Of a stretch of DNA of 64,000 nucleotides, positions 39,515 through 52,079 are shown one piece after another. Positions within the stretch are counted from its first letter, which is position 1. Every line of letters begins with the position of its first letter. The position numbers were made by a program, and so were the translations under genes. The stretch comes from Antedon mediterranea (Eukaryota; Animalia; Echinodermata), in contig NC_092672.1 of the NCBI RefSeq assembly GCF_964355755.1, forward strand, positions 6,572,001 through 6,636,000. The letters run 5' to 3'. The notes under the pieces were generated by a model, which was given only the letters and a program-made list of their open reading frames with translations, made no database searches and was not told the origin of the DNA.

Positions 39515-41671
39515 ATGTCTGCTGAAACAGTATTGACGTTTTTTGATGAAAAAGATCTGGAATGTTCCATCTGTCTAAAAAGATTCACAGATCCAAAAGC
39601 ACTTGAGTGTCTTCATACTTACTGCCTTAAATGCCTGCAATATTTGATGAGAAAACACGGCAAGATACGATGTCCAAAATGCTGTAAGGCATACACTCTA
39701 AAGAATGATGATTTGAAACATTTGCAGTGCAATGAAACAATACGTTATCTGGTTGAATTTGTTGAGAAGATTGAATCTGAAAAACCAGAAACATGCTCAA
39801 GATGTGAAGATCGACCTCAGCACTATTGTTCTGAATGTGAAATGTATATGTGTAGGCAGTGTATCCAACAGCATAAGACGGAGAACCATTCACTGTACAC
39901 ACTGGATACAGACATAGAAGAACAAGGTCAAGATTTACCAAATTGCCAAAATCACCCTGATAAAAAACTGGAAGATTACTGTCGTACATGTAAACTTACT
40001 GCATGTGAAGATTGTAAACATATTGTCCGTTGTTATAGAAATCAACATAAGGTGATTCCAATGCTGACTGCTCTGAATGAGATTAATCAAACGGTTATTG
40101 AAACTATGAAGACAGCTGAAGAAATTAAGGGAAAACTAAATGAGAGATTAGATGTTATCACTAAAGAAAAATCAGATTCTGAATCTGATTTCTCGTTTAG
40201 CAGAACGGCGATAGAATTTCAAGAGATTACAATCATCAAAAAGGTGAAGCAAGAAACTAAGATAATGATGGCAAATCTTACACATATATATAAAGAAAAA
40301 GGCAACATTATCGATCGTGAAGTTAAAAATATTGAATCAAAGCTGACACAAGTAACCTCATTGATGGACTCAATTAAAAAAACAATGAATAAACCAACAG
40401 AAACAGAAAACCTTGCATCATACCAGACAATTATCAATGCAGTTAGGAATGCCGCTGCAGCAGATGAATTGGATCAATCATTTGCTAAAACAAGAAATAC
40501 ACCAAAGTTTATTCCATCTCAAAAGCTGGTTGACTTGATGAATCATGAAGGTATTGGTAGACTTATCACTGTTGGTGGTGTATACAAGGTTAATAAAGAA
40601 GACGAGAACATTTCAGTCACAAAAGGGCAGCCATTTAGTGTGAGAGTATCAAGCCAAGCAGAGAATGATGTTGGTCCATTAACAGCCACACTAAGCAACT
40701 CATTAGGTGAGAAATCAGCCACTGAAGTAGCACATAAAAAGGGAGAGTACACAGTAACAGGTAGATGCAAGGAAGGAGACTGGCACATGGATATTACTGA
40801 TGGAGATAAGTCACACGTCATCGGTTCACCAGTGAGTATCAAGGTGGAAGCTCTTGGACTTGTAAATACCATAGATAACATATCAGAGTATAAAAAAAAC
40901 GATAAAAGACAAAAAGTGATAGATGTAGTATTAGATACTGATGGATGTATGTTAGTGTCAAGCTGTAACAGTAAAGATCTAATAAAGTTCGATCAATCAG
41001 GTTGCTTTGTTTCTAAGATACAAATACCACAACGTGTCAAAGTCAATCGCATGCATCAATTAGGCAATGGTCACATGGTGTATAGTGATTATGTAGACAA
41101 ATGTGTTGTAATGTGTGATAATCAATATCATGAAATCCAAACCTTTGGTAAAGTATTATTGCAAAAGCCAGATGGAATAACAGTAAACAAAAAGACCAGG
41201 ATGTTATATGTAGCAGACCGTGAATGTCACTGTGTGTTTAAATTCAATATTGATGATGGTAGTCTACTGGGTAAGATAGGTTCTGAAGGTAGTAAACCAG
41301 GTCAAATGAAAACACCAATGGATATTGCTTTAACAAAAGATGGTCATGTGTTTGTTGCTGATTGTGATAATAGCAGAATACAAATGTTTGATGCTAATGA
41401 TAAGTTGATTAAAATCCTAATAGGATATGGTGAAGAAGATGGTAAAGTCTGGGGTCCTCAAGGTATAATCCTAGATATGGATGAGAATATAATAGCATCC
41501 AGTAATCATAAACTACAACTATTTGATCAAAATGGTAAATTCATTAAACGAATAGATAACAAAGATGATTGGTTGGATGTCCCAGCAGGGATTGCTGTAA
41601 TCTCACAAAGACCACGACGAGTTGTAGTGGCAAACCACAGAGCAAACAATGTAAAAATATTTAATTATTAA
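39515..41671 (+). CDS. TRIM-NHL protein copy 1 (RING, two B-boxes, coiled coil, filamin-like, NHL repeats; TRIM2/3/71-like architecture), intact single coding exon
   Basis: Splice acceptor TTCCACAG directly before ATG at 39515 (MSAETV); RING CSIC..CLHTYCLKC..CPKC; B-boxes; filamin-type ending HVIGSPVSIKV; NHL motifs such as PMDIALTKDGHVFVADCDNSRIQMFD. Confidence 0.9.
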   Translation: MSAETVLTFFDEKDLECSICLKRFTDPKALECLHTYCLKCLQYLMRKHGKIRCPKCCKAYTLKNDDLKHLQCNETIRYLVEFVEKIESEKPETCSRCEDRPQHYCSECEMYMCRQCIQQHKTENHSLYTLDTDIEEQGQDLPNCQNHPDKKLEDYCRTCKLTACEDCKHIVRCYRNQHKVIPMLTALNEINQTVIETMKTAEEIKGKLNERLDVITKEKSDSESDFSFSRTAIEFQEITIIKKVKQETKIMMANLTHIYKEKGNIIDREVKNIESKLTQVTSLMDSIKKTMNKPTETENLASYQTIINAVRNAAAADELDQSFAKTRNTPKFIPSQKLVDLMNHEGIGRLITVGGVYKVNKEDENISVTKGQPFSVRVSSQAENDVGPLTATLSNSLGEKSATEVAHKKGEYTVTGRCKEGDWHMDITDGDKSHVIGSPVSIKVEALGLVNTIDNISEYKKNDKRQKVIDVVLDTDGCMLVSSCNSKDLIKFDQSGCFVSKIQIPQRVKVNRMHQLGNGHMVYSDYVDKCVVMCDNQYHEIQTFGKVLLQKPDGITVNKKTRMLYVADRECHCVFKFNIDDGSLLGKIGSEGSKPGQMKTPMDIALTKDGHVFVADCDNSRIQMFDANDKLIKILIGYGEEDGKVWGPQGIILDMDENIIASSNHKLQLFDQNGKFIKRIDNKDDWLDVPAGIAVISQRPRRVVVANHRANNVKIFNY

Positions 41672-42260
41672 AAATAACTACAAAGCATGAAAACATTTAG
41701 GCATCCAGATAACTGACAAATTTCTGTTAAATGTTCGTAATCAGATCAGTAACAATCACATGAATATTGTTATTAAAGCAAATGTACACAAACTAAAATG
41801 TTACCATTTATATCTTAATTGTTTAAGTTGTGTATTTGAATGTTCTGTTGTTATCTTAATGTTTTTGCATATTGACTTTTATTTAATTATAAAATTAATA
41901 CATTTTTTGAATTTAAGGCGGAGGTGGGGGGGGGGGGGGGTGAGGGGAGAGATACAGTACATTATCAAAGGTTATACAGATAAAATGATACAGTAACGTT
42001 GTGACCTGTAATTTTACAATAGAAGCCCTAATTTGAGAACCCCTAAGAAGACGGGACACCCCTATTAAAGGGATATTTTCCCGCGAAACGACGATTGGGT
42101 AATACTATGGTTTACTGTTTTAATACTATTCAGAGGACTGCTTTTTAAAAGGGAACGTTTGTTGGTTCTTGATGATGTCCCCCAAGGGTTCTCTACTTTA
42201 TTTGTAATGTAATCAATAATAAGATGTTACATAATAATATAATTATTGACACTAATAATT

Positions 42261-42384
42261 GAAGTGGAGTTGTGGCTTGGTGGTTATGATGCTTGTCTAC
42301 CACTCCAAGGGTCCTGGGTTCAAGTCCCGTCAAATGTCAGGATTTTTTTCTAAGGACCAAATTACTCCACTCCGAAAGACTTAA
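42261..42384 (+). mobile_element. Short tRNA-derived SINE with 17-bp TSD
   Basis: A box GTGGCTTGGTGG and B box GGTTCAAGTCC; TSD TATTGACACTAATAATT (42244-42260, 42385-42401); empty site in the paralogous unit at ~52125. Confidence 0.8.
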
Positions 42385-42599
42385 TATTGACACTAATAAT
42401 TTTATATACATGTTACCTAAATCATTTTGTAAATATCTCCAATAACGATTATAATTATTTTGCTTTTTATTATATAGGCCCTATTGACAGAAGAAGACAT
42501 GGTGTTGACACTCTGACATTGTTGTTTAGTCTGTAAATCGCGCTGGTAATAGAAATAAAAACTCATATAGGCCTAACGATAATTATTATATCACTGTAG

Positions 42600-42842
42600 C
42601 ATCCATTAGACAGTGTATACCACGATCGAAAAACACCCCTATTTGGGGCAAATCGTTGAACCTAAATTCGTTTTAATCGTCAATAACTAATTATCGAACT
42701 CAATTTAATTAGTAAAGAGGGTTACATCAGGCGGTTAAAATCAGTACCGAAAGTACGAACCAACTTTATATACATCGAGTAAACATTCTAGAAATAACGC
42801 GCGATTTACTGAATTTTGCCCTTACGTAAATTTATATATAGA
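42600..42842 (-). mobile_element. 5'-end-only fragment of the same Helitron as 33870-36431
   Basis: Near-identical to ~36189-36431; absent from paralogous flanks at ~52335 and ~58820. Confidence 0.85.
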
Positions 42843-44388
42843 TTATATTTGTATTAAAGTGAAATAAATGATATCTACAAAAATGAGAAAAGGGATGATC
42901 TAATTTATCATATGTATTATAGCACTAATATTATTAAAGACTCATTAGCCTGTTCATGTACAATGCAACTTTTAGGTTATCGACTACATAGGCCTTATTT
43001 ATCTGCAAAATGTGTTGCTGTAATATAATTATTAGTGTTATGTATCTGAAATATCAGTCTCTATCCTAATTGTTGATTGTTATGTATTTGTCAATATACT
43101 ACTGTAATTACTGATTTGTTTGGTTTACCAATAAATGGAATAACAATGTGTAACATATTTCAGTATTTATTGCTACTGCAACTAATAGTGTATATATTAA
43201 AACGACAAGTTCTTCTTTAGGATTTTAAAATTCCAACCATTTAAAATTCTAAATACAAAAGTATTGATATAATAGATGTTGTCTCTGAAAGACCAGGCAC
43301 TCATTAAACTCTGCTAAGAGTACATTGACTCAAGATTGGAATGTACATGAGGAAATAATAAAATTGTAAAAAGTGTATTGAAAAATATACCTTATGATAT
43401 AGAAACTTTTCTTGATAACACAGTGTAAACCGGCTTTTGTTGCCTATCTACTTCATTAAATATGAAAGAAAATTACGCACAAAAGAGCAAACAAAGAAAG
43501 ATTCACGACCCTGATTTTCTAAATACCAATGTTGTTTTGTTGAACTATTTATCATAATAAAAGATATGTGCAGTGAACCTGGTTCATTTGTGCAATACAC
43601 CTTTATAACAGAAGTTGTATCAGAAAAGCCAACACCTACAAACATCAACTGATCGCAAGTAGAAGGTAGGCCTATACACAATAGTTGAATTAAAATAGTT
43701 GAAGGAGGTCAGAAGGTACATTGACTAACACACATCAGACAGAAACACAAGTAGAAAGTTCGTCTAAGGTCTACATAATTGTCAATGTAAGTACATGAGT
43801 GATACAACTTGTCTACAATAATCATGGTGTTTTACAAATGAGGATTTATACAATGTTGTATTACAGCACAGCTAATGCATGCCTTTGTCATTTGATTGTT
43901 TGATGTTGATGTTTTATCGCTCACGTGCCATGTATTGTTTTCTCTCATTTTAACGATTGAAGTTTTACCTTTTTTCAATTTTCAATTCAATCATGGATAA
44001 AATAAGTGATTCAATTTAGGTTGGCACAGTTGGTTGGTTAATGCATGATTGCGCTGTATTTGACTGAGCATGCTCACCATTTACAATGAATTTGAATACA
44101 AGTTTGGGTGTATTATAAAACAAATCATGAACATTCACCTCCTCTTGTAAATTGAAAGGTTGGTATTAACACATTTTTTTATTTTATCAGGGTTACGATT
44201 GACAAAAAAACCCCCAGACAAATACTGTAGCAAAATATGCACCCAGTAGGAAGAAATAGCAGTGTGGTACCCTGCTGGCATAGTTTTAACCAAACATTCA
44301 TTCAATAGCCTTATTTTTATGCAACAAAGGCTAGTATCCTATACTTCATTTAGTTAACTTGTGTTGATTGAAATACAAATAAAAAGTT

Positions 44389-47300
44389 AACTAGATTTAA
44401 TTCGTCACTATGACGAATTATAGGTTATATGCATTGATTTAAATAAAGATAATTGATTTTTAAAAGATATATTGATTGATTGATTTTCTCAGAATCTTTA
44501 ATTATTTATAATATATGATAGGACCTTGCTAACGCGAATACAATAGCCGGTATCACAATCCGATCAAAGATCCATATGCGTATAATGTCATAAACCACAT
44601 TTGTTGTTACATAATAATAAAGACATAAGTTACTTTTTATCTAGATTTCATTATAAATCATGTGTATAATCTATACACTAAGAAATAAATTTGAACAAAC
44701 AATACGGATAATAAAAAATTTACTATGCAGTAACCACTTTGGTGCAAATAGATTATTACATACCGCAATGAATTATAATTTTTTACTATGATGACATCTT
44801 TAAAAATGTAAAAAAATTATGCACTGTCAAACTATATACTTTTAAATTTAATATATGAACTTCTTAAGAAAGAAAGTTAATGTTAAGTTTGTTATTTCGG
44901 CCTAAGAAAATGTCATAATTTGTTTGATTGTCGAAATTATTTAAAAAAAATTTAATATGCAATTAATGATGACTTAATCAACTTTTTTTCTCTTAATTTG
45001 ATAATAAATCATACATATGATACATACACTTCAAGAAAATGAAATACAAAATAGGTGTTCCTCTGCATTCTGACGATATATATTATTTTTTTTGGAGGGA
45101 AACCTCCAAATGTTATTACTTTCTGGGTGTTGCCTCTTAATTATTTATATTTAAATTGTTATTTTGTTTACTTTGAAATGATAAGAAATAAATGTTATTA
45201 TGAATAAATTTTAAAATTTAGCATATTTTCACCATTTTGTTAACTTATACGTGCGTAGCCTGTCACTTTTGACGTGCTCATATAACGCAATTTCGAGTTG
45301 AAACGTGAATCAAATATGATGATATTATTAAAGAAAGATTGTAAAACAGAAATCGGCCAAAAAGAGTTCGCATCAACGTTTAACGCGCAGTGCGCGTGCA
45401 AAAATCTGCGCACTCATAGCAATTTTTTAAACGCTTAAAATTGCCTGAAATGTACTCTAATTTCATCGAAAATAAATTTTGACAATTTTGAACATTTTAA
45501 GCGCGCGTACGCAAGCGTTATATGCGCTACGCACGTAATTGTATTGCCATATGATGAAATATGACCTGAAATTTATCAGTACCAAATTTTGTTTAATTGT
45601 GATTCATGCTTGTGAAGATATGATTACAAACGTGATTTCGTTAAATCGCGCGTAGACCGCGTAATTTTTGATTGCGCATCGTGAAAATATAACCACATCG
45701 ATTCCTGGCCATAAGAAATATACTCTGAAAACTTGACTTAGCTAGATGAAACTGATGCCAAGATAATTCACGGACAAAATAGTGCTAAGGAAAGAATAAA
45801 TAAACTAGATTTAATTCGTCACTATGACGAATTATAGGTTATATGCATTGATTTAAATAAAGATAATTGATTTTTAAAAGATATATTGATTGATTGATTT
45901 TCTCAGAATCTTTAATTATTTATAATAAATGATAGGACCTTGCTAACGCGAACACCATAGCCGGTATCACAATCCGATCAAAGATCCATATGCGTATAAT
46001 GTCATAAACCGCATTTGTTGTTACATAATAATAAAGACATAAAGTAACTTTTTATCTAGATTTCATTATAAATCATGTGTATAATCTATACACTAAGAAA
46101 TAAATTTGAACAAACAATACGGATAATAAAAAAAAAAATCTTATTTCGTTTCCCAAGGTGAGACTCGTACTCGGTACCTTGAATGCTATAGACACGAGCA
46201 CAGCCCATCGAGCCATACACAACTGACTAAAAGTTGGAGAAAAATTCCTCCGTGTATTTACTATGCAGTAACCACTTTGGTGCAGATAGATTATTACATA
46301 CCGTAATGGATTATAATGTTTTACTATGATGACATCTTTAAAAATTGAAAAAAATGATGCACTGTCAAACTATATACTTTTAACTTTAATATATGAACTT
46401 CTTAAGGAAGAAAGTTAATGTTAAGTTTGTTATTTTGGCCTAAGAAAATGTTATAATTTGTTTGATTGTCGAAATTAATTTTGTTAAATTTAATATGCCA
46501 TTAATGATGACTTAATCAACTTTTGTTCTTCTAATTTCATAATAAATCATACATATGATACATACACTTCAAGAAAATTAAATAAAAAATAGGTGTTCCC
46601 GAGCATTCTAACGATATATATTAATTTTAAAATTTAGCATATTTTCACCATTTTGTTAACTTACACGTGCGTAGCCTGTCACTTTTGACGTGCTCGTATA
46701 ACGCTGTTTCGCATTGAAAAGTGAATAAAATATGATGATATTATTAAAGAAAGGTTATACAACAGTAATCGGACAAAAACAGTGCGCATTAACGTTTGAC
46801 GCGCAGTGCACGTGCAAAAATCTGCGCACTCATGGCAATTTTTTAAACGCTTAAAATTGCCTGAAACGTATTCTAATTTCATCGAAAATAAATTCTGACA
46901 ATTTTCAACATTCTAAGCGCGCGTACGCATGCGTTATATGCGCTACGCACGTAATTGTATTGCCATATGATGAAATATGACCTGAAATTTATGAGTACCA
47001 ATTTTTGTTTAAAAGTGATTCATGCTTGTGAAGATATGATTACAAACGTGATTTCGTTAAATCGCGCGTAGACCGCGTAATGTTTGATTGCGCACCCTGA
47101 AAACATAACCACATCGATTCCTGGCCATAAGGAATATACTCTGAAAAATTTACTTAGATAGATGAAACTGATATCAAGATAATTCACGGACAAAATAGTG
47201 CTAAGGAAAGAATAAATAAAGAAATAAATAAAGATTCTGACAGAATCAAGAGGTTATATGCATATCATGCATATAACCTAATAAATAAATAAATAAAGAT

Positions 47301-47396
47301 TTTGACAGAATCAAGAGGTTATATGCATTAATGCATATAACCTAATAAATAAAGAAATAAATAAAGATTGTGACAGAATCAAGAGGTTATATGCAT
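44389..47396 (-). mobile_element. Two nested Helentron/HINE-like non-autonomous elements (copy B ~45803-47345 inside copy A)
   Basis: Each begins on + with AACTAGATTT, hairpin AATTCGTCACTATGACGAATT, then AGGTTATATGCAT; each ends with a (TAAA)n microsatellite and palindrome AGGTTATATGCAT..ATGCATATAACCT; ~1.4-kb bodies are similar. Confidence 0.75.
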
Positions 47397-49345
47397 AGAT
47401 CTGGATGACGGTGCTTTATTTCTATCTAGTTGCTAAGCGTAAATGGCAAACACAAAGCAAGTCAATCAGAAGCCTGGATTTTCCCAATTACAAATTTAGT
47501 TACAAATTGTAATGGTCATGAATTCAAATTAAAGGGCCAAAATATGTCAAAGTTAATTTGTGTAAACATTCACAAACTGTACTGGGTATTTAATAATAAA
47601 AAAAATTATTAAAACAATAATATTATCAAACATATTGTCTCTCGAGGAGGACCTGGCACTCATTCCAAAGTTTTAATATTGTTAACTTAAAATTGAAATG
47701 TACATGAGGAACATCAAAATTATATAAGTGTAGGCCTATTCACTAAAGTTTGAATCAACTTCTCAAAAGGGACTTTTCTTTTGTTAAATTGCAAAGTTAA
47801 TATCTTATGATAACCTAATGTAAACCGACTTTGTTTACTTCTATTTCAAAATTAACAAAAAGGGCAAACAAAGAAGTATTTTAAAAATTTATTTTCTACC
47901 CGGGTTTTCTACATACAAATGTTATATTATCAAGATATGTTTACTTTTCAGTGAACTTGGTACCTTAAATTGTGCAATAGGCCTACACCCTTAACAGCAG
48001 AGAATATAAACTACGCATACACACATTCAACTGATTGCAAGTAGATGGTACACTACACATCTCCAGTCCTAGATGCAAGAACTTGATACAAATATTTGAA
48101 GGACAGAAGGAACATTCAGACAGGAACAAAAGCAAAAGGTTCATCATCTGAATATTTGCAGTCAATACTACGGAAAAAATCTACAACATTTTAATGTAAG
48201 AAATTAACCAATCTTCTTTTTATTCTTTGAAACCTGAAAACTAAACCACATTCAACTAAAATATAATTTGTATATCGTTACAGTGACAACATGAATCGAC
48301 ACTAACCGCGTTGTGGTTTGATAAAAAAAAAACACAAAAACTTCATTTAGTACAGGTGCTTCACAAAACGCATAATGAATAACTACATTTTCATTTAGCT
48401 ATTTAAATGCCTGATAATTTAGCTATTAAAAAGTGTAGTTTAATTACAATCTTTTTAATTAATGATTATAGTAAACATTATATTAGTGTCTGTTCGTGAA
48501 AATACGAAATATTTTACGTGCGTTACTTATTGTCTCTATTAAAGAGAGTGTCAATTCGTGTCGTCACTGCTGACGATTATTTTTGTTGATGTGTGCATTA
48601 TTATAGTGATTGATTTAGATGGTTCGTAATCTTACAGGGGTGTACATATACTTTATGTCGGAATTCTTCCATTTAATAGTTTAATTCATTTATACATTTT
48701 TTAGGGAAACATTTTTCTATTTTCTTTCTCAAACCATCCATACACATCTATAACAAGACAACTTTAGGGTTATGTTTATGTATCGCTTCATCTTTCCAGA
48801 AATGTATTTGTGTCAACAGAGTCCAGGACTAAACAAAAGAAACAAAACACCGAAATGGATGGAAAATGTCATTTATTTATTAAATGACGAAATAACTAAA
48901 TATATAATGTAAAACTAATGTAATAATAATAAAGGGGGCAGCCACCTTATATAAGTAGATTATGGTATTGATATTACATCTAATACCTTACATTACGTGA
49001 AGGCTGCCCCTGTTGAATATATAGTATTAACAATTAGCATTCACCATTGTTATATATATACGCACCATTAATATATTTGTAAAATAACTGATACTATAAT
49101 ATAAAAGTTATAGGTCTATAGAGAATCGTAATTAACATATCGTAGAATTAATAATACATAAACAAATTGAGATATAATTTATTAATTCCATCATGAAGCG
49201 GTGGAAAGAAGAGGTGGATGGAGGGAACAACAATTTATTGACGTGTTGGTCCGAAGGAAGTCAAAAGGAAAAGGAATGTCCATTACTTTTGGTGAAAAAT
49301 GTTCTTTAATGTTAAATGAATGTATAAATGTATTATATTTTACAG

Positions 49346-51479
49346 ATGTCTGCTGAAACAGTATTGAAGTTGTTTGACAAAAAGAGATCTGGAATGTTCA
49401 ATCTGTCTACAAAGATTCACAGATCCAAAGGCGCTTAACTGTCTTCATACTTACTGTCTAAGATGTTTGCAAGATCTGATGAGAAGACATGGCAAGATAC
49501 GATGCCCAAAATGCCGAGAGACGTACATTCTAAAGAATGATGATTTGAAACATTTGAAGTGCAATGAAACAATACGTTATCTAGTTGAATTTGTTGAGAA
49601 GATTGAATCTGAAAAACCAGAAACATGCTCAAAATGTGGAAATCAACAGCACTATTGCTCTGAATGTGAAATGTATATGTGTCGACAATGCATCCAACAG
49701 CATAAGATGGAGAACCATTCACTGTACACACTAGATACAGAAATAGAAGAACAAGATCAAGATTTACTAAACTGCCAAAATCACCCGGATAAAAAACTGG
49801 AAGATTACTGTCGTACATGTAAACTTACTGCATGTGACGATTGCAAACATATTGTCCGTTGTTATAGAAATAAACATGAGGTGATCCCAATTCAGACAGT
49901 TCTGAATGACATTAATAAAACTGTTACTGAAACTATGAAGACAGCTGAAGAAATTAAAAGAAAACTAAAAGAGAGATTAGATGCTATCACTAAAGAGAGA
50001 TCAGAGTTTGAATCTAATTTGAAGTTAAGCAGAACAGCAATTGAAATTCACGAGAAGACAATTATCAGAAAGGTGAAGGAAGAAACTAAAGCAATGATGG
50101 CAAATCTTACACAGGTTTATAAAGAACAAAGCAAAATTATTGATAATCAAGTTAAAAGTATTGAATCAAAGCTGACACAAGTAAACACGTTGATGGAATC
50201 AATCAAGAAAACAATGAATAAACCAACAGAAACAGAAAACCTTGCATCATACCAGACCACTATCACTACAGTTGGGAATGACGCTGCAGCAGATGAAACA
50301 AGAGTTACACCAAAGTTTATTCCATCTCAAAAGCTGGTTGAGTTGATGAATCATGAAGGTGTTGGTAAACTTATCACTGTTGGTGGTGTATACAAGGTTA
50401 ATAAAGAAGATGAGAACATTTCAGTCACAACAGGGCAGCCATTTAGTGTGAGAATATCAAGTCTAGCAGAGAGTGATGCTGGTCAATTAACAGCCACACT
50501 AAGCAACTCATTAAGTGAGAAATCAGCCACTGAAGTAGGACACAGAAAGAGAGAGTACACAATAACAGGTAGATGCAATTTGGAAGGAGATTGGCACATG
50601 GATATTACTGATGGAGACATGTCACACGTCATAGGTTCACCAGTTAGTATCAAGGTGGAATCTCCTGGACTTGTAAATACCATAGATAACATATCAGAGT
50701 ATAAACAAGATCGTAAAACAGAACAAGTGACAGATGTAGCATTAGATACTGATGGATGTATGTTGGTGTCAAGCTACAGTAAAGATCTAATAAAGTTTGA
50801 CCAATCAGGTTGTTTTATTTCTAGGATGCAAATACCACAAAATGTAAAAGTCAATCGCATGTATCAATTAGGCAATGGCAATGTGGTGTATAGTGACACA
50901 ATAGAGAAATGTGTTTTAATGTGTGATAATCAATATCATGAAATCCGTACCTTTGGTAAAGGAGTATTAAAATATCCAAAGGGAGTAACAGTAAACCAAA
51001 AGACCAAGATGTTATATATAGCAGACAGTGAATGTCACTGTGTGTTTAAATTCAATATTGATGATGGTAGTCTACTGGGTAAGATAGGTTCTGAAGGTAG
51101 TGAAGCAGGTCAAATGAAACAACCACAAGATGTTGCTTTAACAAAAGAGGGTCATGTGATTGTTGCTGATTTTGAAAATAACAGAATACAAATGTTTGAT
51201 GCTAATGATAAGTTAATAAAGATCCTTGTAGTCTATGGTCAAGAAGATGGTAAAGTCTTGGGTCCTCATTGCATAACCATAGATATGGAAGGGAATATAA
51301 TAGTATCCAGTAATCATAAACTACAACTATTTGATCAAAATGGTAAATTCATTAAACGAATAGATAACAAAGATGATTGGTTGGCTGTCCCAGTAGGAAT
51401 TGCTGTAATCTCACAAAGACCAAGAAGAGTTGCAGTGGCAAACCATGGAGCAAACAATGTAAAAATATTTAATTATTAA
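49346..51479 (+). pseudogene. TRIM-NHL copy 2; +1 frameshift just after the start (pseudogene or homopolymer error), remainder of ORF intact
   Basis: Acceptor TTTACAG then ATG at 49346 homologous to copy 1; A5 run at 49379-49383 (A4 needed for frame) gives TAA at 49436-49438 after 30 codons; the shifted frame is open to 51479 with all domains. Confidence 0.7.
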
Positions 51480-51897
51480 AATAACTATAAAACATGAAAA
51501 TATTTATGCATCCAGATAATTGATAAATTTCTGTTAAATCAGATCAGTAACAATCACATGAATCTCGTTATTAAAGCAAGTGAACACAAACCAAATTTTA
51601 GCATATTAACTTTTATTTAATTGTAAAATTAATTAAAAATACTGTGTATTTTACATTTAACTTTACTTTGGGTATATAAATTGGATGTTTAATATTTCAA
51701 TTTTCAATGTTTTATTTAAATGTACAAAATTATCATCTGTTATGTTTTATCATTGTGCTGTGTATTCTAATGTATTACTTTAAAGGGAGGAGGAAGAAAT
51801 ACATCATCGAAGGTTATACAGATAACATGATACAGTAATGTTGTGACATGTACAGTAACTTGGAATTGTTATTGAATTTACACAGGTTTCTTAAGTA

Positions 51898-52079
51898 CAG
51901 TAGAAGCCCTCATTTGGGACCCCCTAAGAAGACGGGACAACTCTATTAAGGGGATATTTTCCCGCGAAACGACGATTGGGTAATACTATGGTTTACTGTT
52001 TTAATACTATTCAGAAGACTGCTTTTTAAAAGGGAACGTTTGTTGGTTCTTGATGATGTCCACCAAGGGTTCTCTACTG
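51898..52079. mobile_element. Tc1/mariner-pogo-like MITE with CAGTAG termini and TA TSD
   Basis: TA|CAGTAGAAGCCCT ... AGGGTTCTCTACTG|TA; paralogous copies at ~42016-42198 and ~58401-58556; decayed relative at ~17308-17437. Confidence 0.75.

Noticed and set aside
39627-40881. Antisense ORFs shared among TRIM copies
   Set aside because: Shadows of the duplicated TRIM coding strand with variable lengths.
42261-42335. tRNA gene (also 28100 and 31133)
   Set aside because: A/B boxes are present but no complete cloverleaf; TSD and non-tRNA body indicate SINEs.
43448-43681. 77-aa ORF repeated at 52951-53184 with relatives at 38437-38897
   Set aside because: Similarity is due to segmental duplication; frames are not preserved across the more diverged copies.
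47232-47396. CRISPR-like repeated 25-mer with spacers
   Set aside because: Spacers are palindrome halves and (TAAA)n; these are stacked Helentron-like termini in a eukaryotic genome with no cas genes.
49376-49390. Programmed -1 frameshift at C AAA AAG in TRIM copy 2
   Set aside because: The lesion needs a +1 shift, and the heptamer is not a canonical slippery site.
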